A DNA stretch of 64,000 bases from an uncultured Saccharophagus sp. GTDB lineage: Bacteria > Pseudomonadota > Gammaproteobacteria > Pseudomonadales > Cellvibrionaceae. The stretch covers positions 5,975 to 69,974 of the forward strand of contig CAKZUG010000011.1 of NCBI GenBank assembly GCA_937920545.1. Direction: 5' to 3'. Below, piece by piece: positions 10,570-20,968 of the stretch (position 1 is its first letter; the number at the start of each line of letters is the position of its first letter). Made by a program: the position numbers and the translations under genes. A model generated the notes under the pieces. That model saw only the letters and a list, made by a program, of their open reading frames with translations, had not been told where the DNA came from and ran no database searches.

Positions 10570-11082
10570 ATGTCGCAACAAAATAAACGTGATGATAACA
10601 ACGCAGAAGGCTTGCAAGAAAAACTTGTTCAAGTAAACCGTGTTGCTAAAACTGTAAAAGGTGGTCGTATTTTTGGTTTTACCGCACTAACTGTTGTTGG
10701 TGATGGTAATGGTAAAGTGGGTTTTGGTCGTGGTAAAGCACGTGAAGTCCCAATTGCTATTCAAAAAGCGATGGAAGCTGCTAGAAGAAACATGATTCAA
10801 GTAGATCTTAAAGGTGATACCATTCAGTATCCTACTAAAGGTCGACATGGTGCTTCTAAAATTTACATGCAGCCTGCTTCTGCAGGTACTGGTGTAATTG
10901 CTGGTGGTGCTATGCGTTCTGTACTTGAAATTGCAGGTGTTCAAAACGTACTGGCTAAATGTTACGGTTCTACAAACCCAATTAATGTTGTTCGTGCAAC
11001 GTTTAAAGCGCTTGGCGCAATGGGTTCTCCTGAGCGAGTTGCTGCTCGTCGTGGAAAAACTGTAGAAGAAATCGTCGAATAA
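10570..11082 (+). CDS. rpsE: 30S ribosomal protein S5
   Basis: [19 protein letters not shown]. Confidence 0.99.
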   Translation: MSQQNKRDDNNAEGLQEKLVQVNRVAKTVKGGRIFGFTALTVVGDGNGKVGFGRGKAREVPIAIQKAMEAARRNMIQVDLKGDTIQYPTKGRHGASKIYMQPASAGTGVIAGGAMRSVLEIAGVQNVLAKCYGSTNPINVVRATFKALGAMGSPERVAARRGKTVEEIVE

Positions 11083-11105
11083 TTGCATTTACAATAGGCA
11101 GTCAC

Positions 11106-11291
11106 ATGGCTAAGAAAACAATTAAAGTCACTCAAATCAAAAGCAAATCTGGTCGTTTAAAAAACCATATTGCTTGCGTTGAAGGGCTAGGTTTAAGAAG
11201 AATCGGTCATACAGTTGAAGTTGAAGATACACCTTCTGTACGCGGTATGATCAACGCAGTTAACTATTTAGTTAAAGTTGAAGGTGAGTAA
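11106..11291 (+). CDS. rpmD: 50S ribosomal protein L30
   Basis: [23 protein letters not shown]. Confidence 0.98.
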   Translation: MAKKTIKVTQIKSKSGRLKNHIACVEGLGLRRIGHTVEVEDTPSVRGMINAVNYLVKVEGE

Positions 11292-11292
11292 T

Positions 11293-11727
11293 ATGTACTT
11301 AAATACATTAAGTCCTGCACCTGGCAGCACAAAATCTAAAAAACGTGTTGGTCGTGGTATAGGTAGTGGTGTTGGTAAAACAGCAGGCCGTGGTCACAAA
11401 GGTCAAAAAGCACGTTCTGGCGGTTCTGTTAAGCCAGGTTTTGAAGGTGGTCAAATGCCTCTTCAAAAACGTCTTCCAAAGTTCGGTTTTACTAGCCGAA
11501 TTGGCCGTTTCTCTGCTGAAGTTCGTTTATCTGAACTTAACGCAGTTGAAGGTGATGTTGCAGATCTAGCCTCTTTAAGAGCGGCTGGTTTAGTTGATGC
11601 TTCAGCATTACAAGCAAAAATATTTTTATCGGGTGAGCTTAAAAAAGCTATAACTGTTAAAGGTCTTTCTGTTTCTAAAGGTGCCCGTGCTGCGATTGAA
11701 GCTGCCGGCGGTAAGATCGAAGAATAA
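11293..11727 (+). CDS. rplO: 50S ribosomal protein L15
   Basis: [18 protein letters not shown]; 144 aa from ATG 11293. Confidence 0.98.
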   Translation: MYLNTLSPAPGSTKSKKRVGRGIGSGVGKTAGRGHKGQKARSGGSVKPGFEGGQMPLQKRLPKFGFTSRIGRFSAEVRLSELNAVEGDVADLASLRAAGLVDASALQAKIFLSGELKKAITVKGLSVSKGARAAIEAAGGKIEE

Positions 11728-11748
11728 TCCTTATAAAGGTTGTTACTT

Positions 11749-13086
11749 ATGGCCAAGAATCACGGTGGTCAACCAGGTAACGAAAAAGGTTTAGGCGAGC
11801 TTTGGTCTCGCCTAAAGTTTTTGTTGCTTGCTATATTTATTTATCGTCTCGGTACACATATTCCTGTTCCAGGTCTAGACCCTCAACGTATTGCCGATAT
11901 GTTTGATAGGCAAAGAGATACTTTTCTTGGTCTTTTGAATATGTTTTCTGGTGGTGCTTGGGAGCGAGTCAGTATTCTTGCTTTAGGTATTATGCCATAT
12001 ATTTCGGCTTCTATTATCATGCAGATGATGTCGGCGGTTTCGCCTTCATTAGAGGCTATAAAAAAAGAAGGCGAGGCAGGGCGGCGTAAAATCAATCAAT
12101 ATACCCGTTATTTAACGGTCGCACTTGCGCTTGTTCAGGCGTTTTTTATGGTTGCGGGCCTAGCAGGCGAGGGCATGGCTTATCCAGGCATGAACAGTTT
12201 TAGCTTCTACTTAATTGCTATTACGTCTCTTGTTACTGGTGCTGTTTTTATGATGTGGTTGGGCGAGCAGATTACCGAGCGCGGTGTTGGTAACGGTATT
12301 TCCATGCTTATTTTTGCTGGTATTGTTGCTGGTTTACCTAGTGCTGTTGCTCAAGCTTTTACTAGTGCAAGAAATGGTGATTTAAGCCCTTTGCTTTTGA
12401 TTGCTATTGGACTGATTGTTGTTGCTATTATCTGGTTTGTTGTAACGATGGAGCGTGGTCAGCGACGGATTACAATTCAATACGCACGTAGACAGTCAGG
12501 CAGGCAAGCTTATTCGGCTCAGACGAGTCACTTGCCGCTCAAAATAAATATGGCAGGTGTAATTCCTGTGATATTCGCAAGTAGTATTTTGTTATTTCCG
12601 GCATCTATTGCGTCTTGGTTTGGTAATGCTTCTGAAGGTAAAGCTTCAATTATAATGCAGGAAGTTGCTTTGGCTCTTGGGCCTGGACAACCTCTTAATT
12701 TTGTTGTTTTTGGTGCGTTAATTATATTATTCTGCTTTGTTTACACTGCAATGATGTATAATCCGAAAGAAGTTGCAGACAATCTTAAGCGCGGTGGCGC
12801 TTATATTCCGGGTTATAGACCTGGGGATCAGTCTGCTCGTTACATCGATACTGTGTTAACACGGTTAACAGTGGTGGGTTCGTTATATATCGCTGCTGTT
12901 GCGTTGTTTCCTCAGTTCTTAATGGTGTGGGCTGATATTCCATTTTACTTGGGTGGTACATCGTTATTGATTGTTGTTGTTGTTGTGATGGATTTTATGT
13001 CACAGGTACAATCTCACTTAATGACGCATCAGTATGATTCGGTAATGAAAAAAGCCAATTTACAAGGCTATGGTAAAAATAGCTAA
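11749..13086 (+). CDS. secY: Preprotein translocase subunit SecY
   Basis: ALGIMPYISASII, WLGEQITERGVGNG, AGVIPVIFA, GGTSLLI. Confidence 0.99.
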   Translation: MAKNHGGQPGNEKGLGELWSRLKFLLLAIFIYRLGTHIPVPGLDPQRIADMFDRQRDTFLGLLNMFSGGAWERVSILALGIMPYISASIIMQMMSAVSPSLEAIKKEGEAGRRKINQYTRYLTVALALVQAFFMVAGLAGEGMAYPGMNSFSFYLIAITSLVTGAVFMMWLGEQITERGVGNGISMLIFAGIVAGLPSAVAQAFTSARNGDLSPLLLIAIGLIVVAIIWFVVTMERGQRRITIQYARRQSGRQAYSAQTSHLPLKINMAGVIPVIFASSILLFPASIASWFGNASEGKASIIMQEVALALGPGQPLNFVVFGALIILFCFVYTAMMYNPKEVADNLKRGGAYIPGYRPGDQSARYIDTVLTRLTVVGSLYIAAVALFPQFLMVWADIPFYLGGTSLLIVVVVVMDFMSQVQSHLMTHQYDSVMKKANLQGYGKNS

Positions 13087-13110
13087 GTTATATTTTATGT
13101 GGAGCAAGTC

Positions 13111-13227
13111 ATGAAAGTTCGTGCATCTGTAAAAAAAATGTGTCGCAACTGTAAAGTTGTTAAGCGCAGAGGCGTTATTAGAGTAATTTGCTCTTCTGAA
13201 CCTCGTCACAAGCAGCGTCAAGGTTAA
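13111..13227 (+). CDS. rpmJ: 50S ribosomal protein L36 (zinc-ribbon type; below ORF-track cutoff)
   Basis: Manual translation [38 protein letters not shown]; GGAG RBS. Confidence 0.98.
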   Translation: MKVRASVKKMCRNCKVVKRRGVIRVICSSEPRHKQRQG

Positions 13228-13239
13228 TTAGCTGTTTAC

Positions 13240-13272
13240 AAAGGTTTGGCTAACGCCAAACCTTTCGTGTTT
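13240..13272 (+). terminator. Hairpin/terminator closing the S10-spc unit
   Basis: AAAGGTTTGGC-TAAC-GCCAAACCTTT perfect 11-bp stem, interrupted T-tail. Confidence 0.6.
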
Positions 13273-13329
13273 TCAAGACACGATAAACTTAGGGTGTGAA
13301 CTGTCGTTATTCTAGAAATAGTTTAGCTA

Positions 13330-13365
13330 TTGATTTTCTGTAGATAAATCGCTATCATCGCGCTC
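13330..13365 (+). promoter_or_regulatory. Alpha-operon promoter
   Basis: TTGATT 13330-13335, 17-bp spacer, TATCAT 13353-13358, GC-rich discriminator CGCGCTC. Confidence 0.65.
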
Positions 13366-13434
13366 TTTTTTGGGGTGCGTGGTGGTTTTATTTACTGTTT
13401 GCACTGAATATCTTATCTTTTTGGAGTACTCTGA

Positions 13435-13791
13435 ATGGCTCGAATAGCTGGTGTCAATATACCAGATAACAAACATGCCGTTATCTCCCTGACTTATGTG
13501 TATGGGATTGGTCGTACAAAGGCGCAACAAATCTGTTTAGCTTCTGGTGTTGAAGAATCAACAAAAATCAGTGAGTTAAATGAAGAGCAAATGGATACTA
13601 TCCGTAACGAAGTTGCTAAGCACTCTGTAGAGGGTGATCTTCGTCGTGAAGTATCAATGAATATTAAACGCTTGATGGATCTTGGTTGTTACCGTGGTCT
13701 TCGTCATCGTCGTCATTTGCCTGTTCGCGGTCAACGCTCAAAAACAAACGCGCGTACACGTAAGGGTCCACGTAAGCCTATCAAACGATAG
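13435..13791 (+). CDS. rpsM: 30S ribosomal protein S13
   Basis: [32 protein letters not shown]. Confidence 0.99.
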   Translation: MARIAGVNIPDNKHAVISLTYVYGIGRTKAQQICLASGVEESTKISELNEEQMDTIRNEVAKHSVEGDLRREVSMNIKRLMDLGCYRGLRHRRHLPVRGQRSKTNARTRKGPRKPIKR

Positions 13792-13832
13792 ACTGTGGGT
13801 TTTAAAGCAATTTAGTTTGGGAAAATACAACT

Positions 13833-14228
13833 ATGGCTAAGCCAAGTGGTAAGTCCACAACAAAGAAAAAGGTCAAAAAGACCGTTGTTGATGGCATTGC
13901 GCATATACATGCGTCGTTTAACAATACAATCGTTACGATTACCGATAGACAAGGAAATACTTTGTCTTGGGCAACTGCAGGCGGCTCTGGCTTCCGTGGT
14001 TCACGTAAAAGTACACCTTTTGCAGCACAGGTTGCAGCTGAGCGCGCTGGTCAAGCCGCACAGGATTATGGCTTAAAGAATCTTGACGTTGAAGTTAAGG
14101 GTCCAGGACCTGGTCGTGAATCTGCTGTAAGAGCACTTAACAATATTGGCTATAAAGTAGGCAATATTACTGATGTGACGCCAATTCCTCATAATGGTTG
14201 TCGTCCACCCAAGAAACGTCGAGTATAA
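13833..14228 (+). CDS. rpsK: 30S ribosomal protein S11
   Basis: [30 protein letters not shown]. Confidence 0.99.
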   Translation: MAKPSGKSTTKKKVKKTVVDGIAHIHASFNNTIVTITDRQGNTLSWATAGGSGFRGSRKSTPFAAQVAAERAGQAAQDYGLKNLDVEVKGPGPGRESAVRALNNIGYKVGNITDVTPIPHNGCRPPKKRRV

Positions 14229-14240
14229 GGAGAAGTAATA

Positions 14241-14861
14241 ATGGCTCGTTATATCGGACCTACTTGTAAGTTAGCACGTCGTGAGGGTACAGATCTTTTC
14301 TTGAAAAGTGGTGTACGTCCTCTAGAATCAAAATGTAAAGCTGAAGCTGCGCCTGGTATGCATGGTCAGCGTCGTGGTCGTTTATCTGACTATGGTGTTC
14401 AGCTTCGTGAAAAGCAAAAAGTACGCAGAATTTATGGCGTACTTGAAAAGCAATTCAGAAATTACTACAAATCAGCTGCTAAAACTAAAGGCGCAACAGG
14501 TGAAAACTTGCTTAAGCTTTTAGAAGGCCGTTTAGATAATGTTGTTTACCGTATGGGTTTTGGTGCTACGCGCGCTGAATCACGTCAGTTAGTATCGCAT
14601 AAAGCGATTCTTATTAACGGTAAAGTACTTAATATCGCTTCTTACCAAGTACAAGTTGGCGATGTTGTTTCTATCCGTGAAAAAGCAAAAAATCAGTTGC
14701 GTATACAAAACTCATTAAACATTTCTGCACAACGTGCTGATGTTGAATGGGTAGATGTAAATACCGACAAAAAAGAAGGTGTTTTCAAACGTATTCCTGA
14801 CAGAGCTGATTTGCCTGCAGAAATCAACGAAAACCTAATTGTCGAGCTTTACTCTAAGTAA
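14241..14861 (+). CDS. rpsD: 30S ribosomal protein S4
   Basis: [26 protein letters not shown]. Confidence 0.99.
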   Translation: MARYIGPTCKLARREGTDLFLKSGVRPLESKCKAEAAPGMHGQRRGRLSDYGVQLREKQKVRRIYGVLEKQFRNYYKSAAKTKGATGENLLKLLEGRLDNVVYRMGFGATRAESRQLVSHKAILINGKVLNIASYQVQVGDVVSIREKAKNQLRIQNSLNISAQRADVEWVDVNTDKKEGVFKRIPDRADLPAEINENLIVELYSK

Positions 14862-14898
14862 GTTTAGCGAACGGAAATTCCAAATACTAGGTGTGTTT

Positions 14899-15888
14899 AT
14901 GCAAAGTGCTGTAAATGAATTTTTGACTCCGCGTCATATTGATGTAACTGAGTCTAGTTTGACTCGCGCTAAAGTTGTGCTTGAGCCACTTGAGCGTGGT
15001 TTCGGTCATACTTTAGGTAACGCCTTAAGGCGTATATTGTTGTCATCAATGCCCGGTTGTGCGGTTACTGATGTTGAGATTGAAGGCGTTCAGCACGAAT
15101 ACAGTGCCATTGAAGGCGTACAAGAAGATGTTATTGAGATTCTTTTAAATCTTAAAAACTTTGCTGTTGTTATGCACGAAAAAGATGTAGCTGTTTTGTC
15201 TATTAGAAAAACGGGTGCAGGTGTTGTAACAGCGGGTGATATCGAAGTCGACCATGACGTAGAAATTAAAAACCCTGAGCTTGTTATTGCTAATGTAACC
15301 GCTGACATACCTTTTAATTGTCACCTTACGATTATGCGTGGTCGCGGCTATCAGCCAGTCGATGCGCGTATCACAGATGAAGAAGAGACGCGCGCTATTG
15401 GCCGTTTGCAGCTAGATGCTTCTTTTTCTCCTGTTCGTCGTTTGGCTTATTCTGTTGAGAGTGCCCGTGTTGAGCAACGTACTGACTTAGATAAGTTGGT
15501 ACTTGATCTTGAAACTAACGGTACAATCGATCCCGAAGAAGCTATTCGTCGCGCAGCAACAATACTTCAGCAGCAGCTTGCCGTATTTGTTGACCTTGAA
15601 GGTGAAAAAGAATCTGAGCCTGAACAGCCAGAAGATCAAATTGATCCTGTGCTATTGCGTCCAGTTGACGATTTAGAATTGACCGTTCGTTCTGCTAACT
15701 GTTTAAAAGCAGAGAATATTTACTATATAGGTGATTTAATTCAGCGCACAGAAGTTGAGTTGTTAAAAACACCTAACCTTGGTAAAAAATCACTTACTGA
15801 AATCAAAGATATTCTTGCGTCTCGTGGTTTATCTTTAGGTATGCGTTTAGAGAATTGGCCACCCGCCAGTTTAAAAAATAGCGATTAA
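14899..15888 (+). CDS. rpoA: RNA polymerase subunit alpha
   Basis: [40 protein letters not shown]; start at ATG 14899. Confidence 0.99.
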   Translation: MQSAVNEFLTPRHIDVTESSLTRAKVVLEPLERGFGHTLGNALRRILLSSMPGCAVTDVEIEGVQHEYSAIEGVQEDVIEILLNLKNFAVVMHEKDVAVLSIRKTGAGVVTAGDIEVDHDVEIKNPELVIANVTADIPFNCHLTIMRGRGYQPVDARITDEEETRAIGRLQLDASFSPVRRLAYSVESARVEQRTDLDKLVLDLETNGTIDPEEAIRRAATILQQQLAVFVDLEGEKESEPEQPEDQIDPVLLRPVDDLELTVRSANCLKAENIYYIGDLIQRTEVELLKTPNLGKKSLTEIKDILASRGLSLGMRLENWPPASLKNSD

Positions 15889-15933
15889 TTTTTTGTCGCT
15901 TCTTTAGCGGCATAGTAAAAAAGGTATTGAGTC

Positions 15934-16332
15934 ATGCGTCATCGTCAAAGTGGACGTCAGTTAAATAGAAATAGCTCTCACCGAAAGGCCATGTTTAAAA
16001 ACATGGTTACTTCACTTGTAGAGCATGAGTTAATTAAAACAACATTGCCAAAAGCAAAAGAGTTACGTCGTTTTGCTGAGCCACTGATTACATTATCAAA
16101 AAATGATACAGTTGCTAACCGTCGTTTAGCTTTTGCACGTTTAGGTAGTAAAGCTGCTGTTGGTAAATTGTTTAATGAGTTAGGCCCAAGATTTGAAGCT
16201 CGTCCTGGTGGTTACCTTCGCATTATGAAATGCGGTTTCCGTACAGGTGATAAAGCTCCAATGGCATATGTTGAATTAATTGGTAGACCTGAAGGTGTCG
16301 CACAAGACGTACCTGCGGAAGCTGCTGAGTAA
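15934..16332 (+). CDS. rplQ: 50S ribosomal protein L17
   Basis: [32 protein letters not shown]. Confidence 0.99.
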   Translation: MRHRQSGRQLNRNSSHRKAMFKNMVTSLVEHELIKTTLPKAKELRRFAEPLITLSKNDTVANRRLAFARLGSKAAVGKLFNELGPRFEARPGGYLRIMKCGFRTGDKAPMAYVELIGRPEGVAQDVPAEAAE

Positions 16333-16358
16333 TATCAATTATTGTTTTATATTTTATC

Positions 16359-16386
16359 AAAGCTGAGTTTATCTCAGCTTTTTTTT
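16359..16386 (+). terminator. Intrinsic terminator of the alpha operon
   Basis: AAAGCTGAG-TTTAT-CTCAGC followed by T8. Confidence 0.85.
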
Positions 16387-16470
16387 GCCTGAAATTTAAT
16401 GAGCTATTAATTTCATCACGTTGTATTTTCTATTCTTATTGCTACAGTTATGGTTGGCAATAACCTTGCT

Positions 16471-16558
16471 TGTAAACATGTTGACAAATAATTATTATTT
16501 AGCATGATAATTAGTGTAAGGTGGTTGCGCTCCATTTAATTTGACAAGTCATGTCAAA
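16471..16558 (+). promoter_or_regulatory. Putative promoter/operator region of the glycogen operon
   Basis: TTGACA 16481-16486 within near-palindrome TGTAAACATGTTGACA; -10-like CATGAT/GATAAT at 16503-16511; palindrome TTTGACA-N5-TGTCAAA at 16540-16558. Confidence 0.5.
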
Positions 16559-16581
16559 AACAGTACGTAAAGGATTAGTAA

Positions 16582-18741
16582 ATGCATCAGCTTGAGCAGT
16601 TGTTAGATTTACATGGTGTTTCATCCCATTATTGGAATTATAAGGGTGAATATGTTGGCGTCCCATTTGAAAATCGAGTAGGTTTGTTAGATGCTATATA
16701 TGCGGGTCAGTCCGTTGACTTCAAAAACAAGGCCGTTATAACCCATCTTTTAAACAGCCAGTCTTTGGCTTTCAATTCCAAGATATTACCTCCTCTTAGT
16801 ATTATTCGTGATGATGCTTTGTATGTAAATTTGAATATTAATATTTCCAGTCTACATACAAATGTACATCTTAAAATTATTGACGATACTGGTGACCTTG
16901 TTTTTTCGAGTCATATCAACCCTAGCGCACTAGAAGAGGTCGGTAAGTGTTCCGTATTAGAGCATTTCTTTAGTCAAAGACGATTCCCTATCCAAGATTT
17001 ACCTGTTGGTTATTACACCATTGTTATTAATAGCTTACTTGAATCGCGTTTAGCTATATGCCCGAGTACATGCTTTACGCCAGATTGGTTAGTGAGCGAG
17101 CAAAAACAAACGGGTATTATTATTCAGCTTTATTCATTAAAAAGCCGTTCTAATATGGGGATCGGCGATTTTGGGGACTTGACCTTTTTAGTTAATAAAT
17201 TAGCTGACAATGGTGTTAATTCGATTGGTCTTAATCCACTTCACGCACTGTTACCCAATCTAGAAGAAAGTTACAGCCCTTATAGTCCATCCGATCGTCG
17301 ATTTATTAATTTTCTTTATCTTTCTGTAAAAGATTGTGCCGAATATGACGATGCTAACCTGAGTTTTACTCCCAGTGAGAGAGAGAACCAGGAGCAAACA
17401 TTGATTAGTTTGCGGTCGAGTGATTTTATTGACTATGCAAAAGTAAAAGAGGTTAAGTTTAAATATATCGAGAAAATGTATTTTGCTCTTCTGTCCAGTT
17501 CTACTCAATTAAAACGATACCGTCTGTTTGAGTCATTTGTTGATCAGGCTGACAAATATTTATTGCAGTATTGCTTGCTTGACGCCTTATCGCATTACGG
17601 TGATTACGCTAAAGCATGTAATCAATTTACAAAAGCGTTAAGTGATAGCGAGCTGTATAAGCTGCTACAGGAAAAGAATAGCGAGCTCATTAATATTTAC
17701 TTATATGCGCAATGGTTAGTGGTTGAGCAATTTAATGACGTTCAGAATTTAGCGGTTGAGCGTGGGATGACTATCGGTTTGGTAAATGATTTAGCCGTTG
17801 GCGCTGATAAAATGGGCAGTGAGGTATTAACCAACAACACATTATTTTGCATTGACGCTGCTGTGGGTGCTCCACCAGATGAAATTGCTCCAATTGGTCA
17901 AAATTGGGGATTACCTCCTATAGATCCACTTGAGCTTGAAAAAACGGGTTTCCAGCATTTTATTCAACTATTACGTGCAAATATGTCTAATTGCGGAGCG
18001 TTGCGAATAGATCATGTTATGGGTTTAACTCGTCTTTGGTGGTGTCCTCCAGGTGCAACAGCTGATTATGGTGCATATATTCACTACCCGTTCGACCAAA
18101 TACTTAGCTTATTAAAATTAGAAAGCCATTTGAATCAATGCGCCATAATCGGTGAGGATTTAGGGATTGTACCTGAAAATTTTCGTGAATCATTACGTGC
18201 TGCCAACGTTTTATCGAACAAGGTCTTGTATTTTGAGCGAGAAGGCTACGCTACTTTTAAGCATCCTGCTAACTATGAGCGTTTTGCGTTAGCGATGATT
18301 AACAATCACGATGTACCTACTTTAGCAAGCTGGTGGAATGGTGATGACATTACATTAAGAGATGAACTTGACGCCATTGAAGTAGGTAAAACAGCTGATG
18401 AATTACGCCGAGTGCGCGCCGACGAAAAGGCAAATTTAGTCAGTCATTTGATTTATGGAGATTACTACCCTAGCGAGTGGCATGATAATAGCTTGGACGC
18501 TAAAGCTGACCAGAATTTGGTTTTTGCCATAATAAAATGGGCTGCACAATCGCAGTCCATTTTATTTGCGCTGCAATTAGAGGACCTTTTACTTATGACG
18601 AAGCCTGTTAATGTGCCAGGAACTTTTCGTGAGTACCCTAATTGGAAAAGAAAACTAACGCATAATTTAGACGATATATTTGATCGCCCAGAAGTAAATC
18701 ACCTTTTAACCACAATAAGTACAAAAAGAAGGAATTCATAG
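16582..18741 (+). CDS. malQ: 4-alpha-glucanotransferase (amylomaltase, GH77)
   Basis: GIGDFGDL, SPYSPS, DLAVG, GAPPD, GQNWG, LRIDHVMG, IGEDLG, NVPGT..YPNW. Confidence 0.96.
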   Translation: MHQLEQLLDLHGVSSHYWNYKGEYVGVPFENRVGLLDAIYAGQSVDFKNKAVITHLLNSQSLAFNSKILPPLSIIRDDALYVNLNINISSLHTNVHLKIIDDTGDLVFSSHINPSALEEVGKCSVLEHFFSQRRFPIQDLPVGYYTIVINSLLESRLAICPSTCFTPDWLVSEQKQTGIIIQLYSLKSRSNMGIGDFGDLTFLVNKLADNGVNSIGLNPLHALLPNLEESYSPYSPSDRRFINFLYLSVKDCAEYDDANLSFTPSERENQEQTLISLRSSDFIDYAKVKEVKFKYIEKMYFALLSSSTQLKRYRLFESFVDQADKYLLQYCLLDALSHYGDYAKACNQFTKALSDSELYKLLQEKNSELINIYLYAQWLVVEQFNDVQNLAVERGMTIGLVNDLAVGADKMGSEVLTNNTLFCIDAAVGAPPDEIAPIGQNWGLPPIDPLELEKTGFQHFIQLLRANMSNCGALRIDHVMGLTRLWWCPPGATADYGAYIHYPFDQILSLLKLESHLNQCAIIGEDLGIVPENFRESLRAANVLSNKVLYFEREGYATFKHPANYERFALAMINNHDVPTLASWWNGDDITLRDELDAIEVGKTADELRRVRADEKANLVSHLIYGDYYPSEWHDNSLDAKADQNLVFAIIKWAAQSQSILFALQLEDLLLMTKPVNVPGTFREYPNWKRKLTHNLDDIFDRPEVNHLLTTISTKRRNS

Positions 18742-18746
18742 AGCCA

Positions 18747-20927
18747 ATGGCGACACAACTAGATCAGACTATTATTCAGCAAATAATCCATGGGCAGTGC
18801 GACAATATATTCGCGTACTTGGGTGTGCATAATCAAAAAAATACTCGTTTTGTACGTACTTTTTTACCTAATGCAAAAAGTGTCACAATTAAAAACAAGC
18901 AAAACGGAAAAGCATTGGCTAAATCGGTTTGTTTGCATGATGCTGGTTTTTTTGAAGCGTCATGTTCATCTTCAGATATGTTCGATTACTACTTAACGGT
19001 AGAGTACGAAAATCAAACGATAGACATTGAAGATCCTTATTGTTACCCGTCAACTATCAGTGAGCATGACCTCTATTTATTTGCCGAGGGAACGCATGAG
19101 TCTGCCTATCATTTTTTAGGCGCTCATATTATAGAGTGCTGCGGTGAAAAAGGAACTCGATTTGCAGTATGGGCCCCCAATGCACGCTCGGTTGCAGTAG
19201 TGGGCGATTTTAATTTTTGGCATGGTGCAAAGCACACGATGCGTAAATTATTACCGTCTGGGGTTTGGGAAATTTTTATACCGCACGTTTCAGAGGGGAG
19301 TATCTATAAGTACCATATCATAGATAGTCACGGTAAAAGTTTGCCTCATCGCGCAGATCCATATGGGTTTTCTGCTCAAAAACCCCCCGAGCAAGCCTCA
19401 AAAATTGTTGGTTTAAAAGAGTTTGAGTGGACAGATCAAAAATGGATTCAGCAAGGTAATCCTACTGCACGCAATAAACCGGTATCAATTTATGAAGTGC
19501 ACTTAGGCTCATGGAAAAGAAAAGACAATACCGAGTACCTTTCATATGAACAGTTGGCACATGATTTAATTGAATATGTGAGCTATATGGGCTTTACGCA
19601 CATTCAGTTGATGCCTATAAGTGAATACCCTTTTGATGGGTCTTGGGGGTACCAACCCGTCGGTTTGTTTGCGCCGACCAGCCGTTTTGGTGAACCTTGT
19701 GATTTTAAGTATTTTATTAATGCGTGTCATAACGCCAATATAGCTGTTTTAATTGATTGGGTGCCGGGGCACTTTCCCTCAGACAGCCACGGGCTTGGGC
19801 AATTTGATGGCACACCTTTATATGAACATGCTGATAAACGACAAGGTTTTCATCCCGATTGGAACACGTATATTTACAATTATGGCCGTAATGAAATTAA
19901 AAGTTTTTTATTATCAAATGCGATATTTTGGTTTGATCAATTTCATATTGATGGGCTGAGGGTCGATGCGGTTGCCTCAATGCTTTATCTTGATTATAGC
20001 CGTGAGGAAGGTGAGTGGTTGCCCAACCGCTTTGGCGGAAGAGAGAACCTGGACGCCATAGATGTTTTGAGGTTAGTGAATAGCCGTGTTTATAAAAACT
20101 TCCCCAATGCCGTTATGATTGCAGAAGAATCAACGGCGTGGCCAGGTGTATCTTCGCCTGTAGATGCGGGTGGCTTGGGTTTTGGTTATAAATGGAATAT
20201 GGGCTGGATGAATGACAGTCTTAGCTACATTGAAAAAGATGCTATTCACAAAAAATATCACCATCATGAGATGACTTTTAGTTTACATTATGCATTTAGT
20301 GAGAACTTTGTACTGCCGCTCAGTCATGATGAAGTTGTGCATGGTAAAGGCTCAATGATTAATAAAATGCCCGGTGATCATTGGCAAAAACATGCAAACC
20401 TAAGAGCATATTATGCTTTTATGTGGGGGCATCCAGGCAAAAAATTAGTGTTCATGGGAAGTGAGTTTGCACAAAGTAAAGAGTGGGATCATAACCATTC
20501 ACTTTGTTGGCATGAAACTAAAAATGATAACAATAAAAATATGCAGGCATTGGTTATTGCCTTGAATAACTTGTACACGCAACACTCTGCATTATATGAG
20601 TTAGATTGCGACGGTAATGGATTCGAATGGAATGAAGCCGATGACACTCATAACTCCGTGTTTGCTTTTACGCGTAGAGATAAGAGTGGGGCATCGCTTC
20701 TATTTATTTGTAATTTTACACCAGCTATTCGTGAAAACTACATAATCGGTGTCAAAGAGAAAGGTTGTTATCAAGAAATTTTAAATACAGATAGTGCTAT
20801 TTTTTCAGGTAGTAATATAGGTAATAAAGGCGCTGTTTCTACGCAAGAAATAGCCCGTTATCATTACGATCATTCGCTCACTCTAACGCTGCCGCCTCTG
20901 GCAACGTTGGTATTTAAAGTACAGTAA
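18747..20927 (+). CDS. glgB: 1,4-alpha-glucan branching enzyme
   Basis: FAVWAPNA, IYEVHLGSW, SWGYQP, DGLRVDAVASMLY, AEESTAWP, LSHDEVVHGKGS. Confidence 0.98.
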   Translation: MATQLDQTIIQQIIHGQCDNIFAYLGVHNQKNTRFVRTFLPNAKSVTIKNKQNGKALAKSVCLHDAGFFEASCSSSDMFDYYLTVEYENQTIDIEDPYCYPSTISEHDLYLFAEGTHESAYHFLGAHIIECCGEKGTRFAVWAPNARSVAVVGDFNFWHGAKHTMRKLLPSGVWEIFIPHVSEGSIYKYHIIDSHGKSLPHRADPYGFSAQKPPEQASKIVGLKEFEWTDQKWIQQGNPTARNKPVSIYEVHLGSWKRKDNTEYLSYEQLAHDLIEYVSYMGFTHIQLMPISEYPFDGSWGYQPVGLFAPTSRFGEPCDFKYFINACHNANIAVLIDWVPGHFPSDSHGLGQFDGTPLYEHADKRQGFHPDWNTYIYNYGRNEIKSFLLSNAIFWFDQFHIDGLRVDAVASMLYLDYSREEGEWLPNRFGGRENLDAIDVLRLVNSRVYKNFPNAVMIAEESTAWPGVSSPVDAGGLGFGYKWNMGWMNDSLSYIEKDAIHKKYHHHEMTFSLHYAFSENFVLPLSHDEVVHGKGSMINKMPGDHWQKHANLRAYYAFMWGHPGKKLVFMGSEFAQSKEWDHNHSLCWHETKNDNNKNMQALVIALNNLYTQHSALYELDCDGNGFEWNEADDTHNSVFAFTRRDKSGASLLFICNFTPAIRENYIIGVKEKGCYQEILNTDSAIFSGSNIGNKGAVSTQEIARYHYDHSLTLTLPPLATLVFKVQ

Positions 20928-20968
20928 ATACTAAAACTAACGTGTTAATGATTTATACAAGGAAAAGC

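Noticed and set aside
8873-13227. Zinc-free S14 together with zinc-binding L36
   Set aside because: Normal combination in gammaproteobacteria
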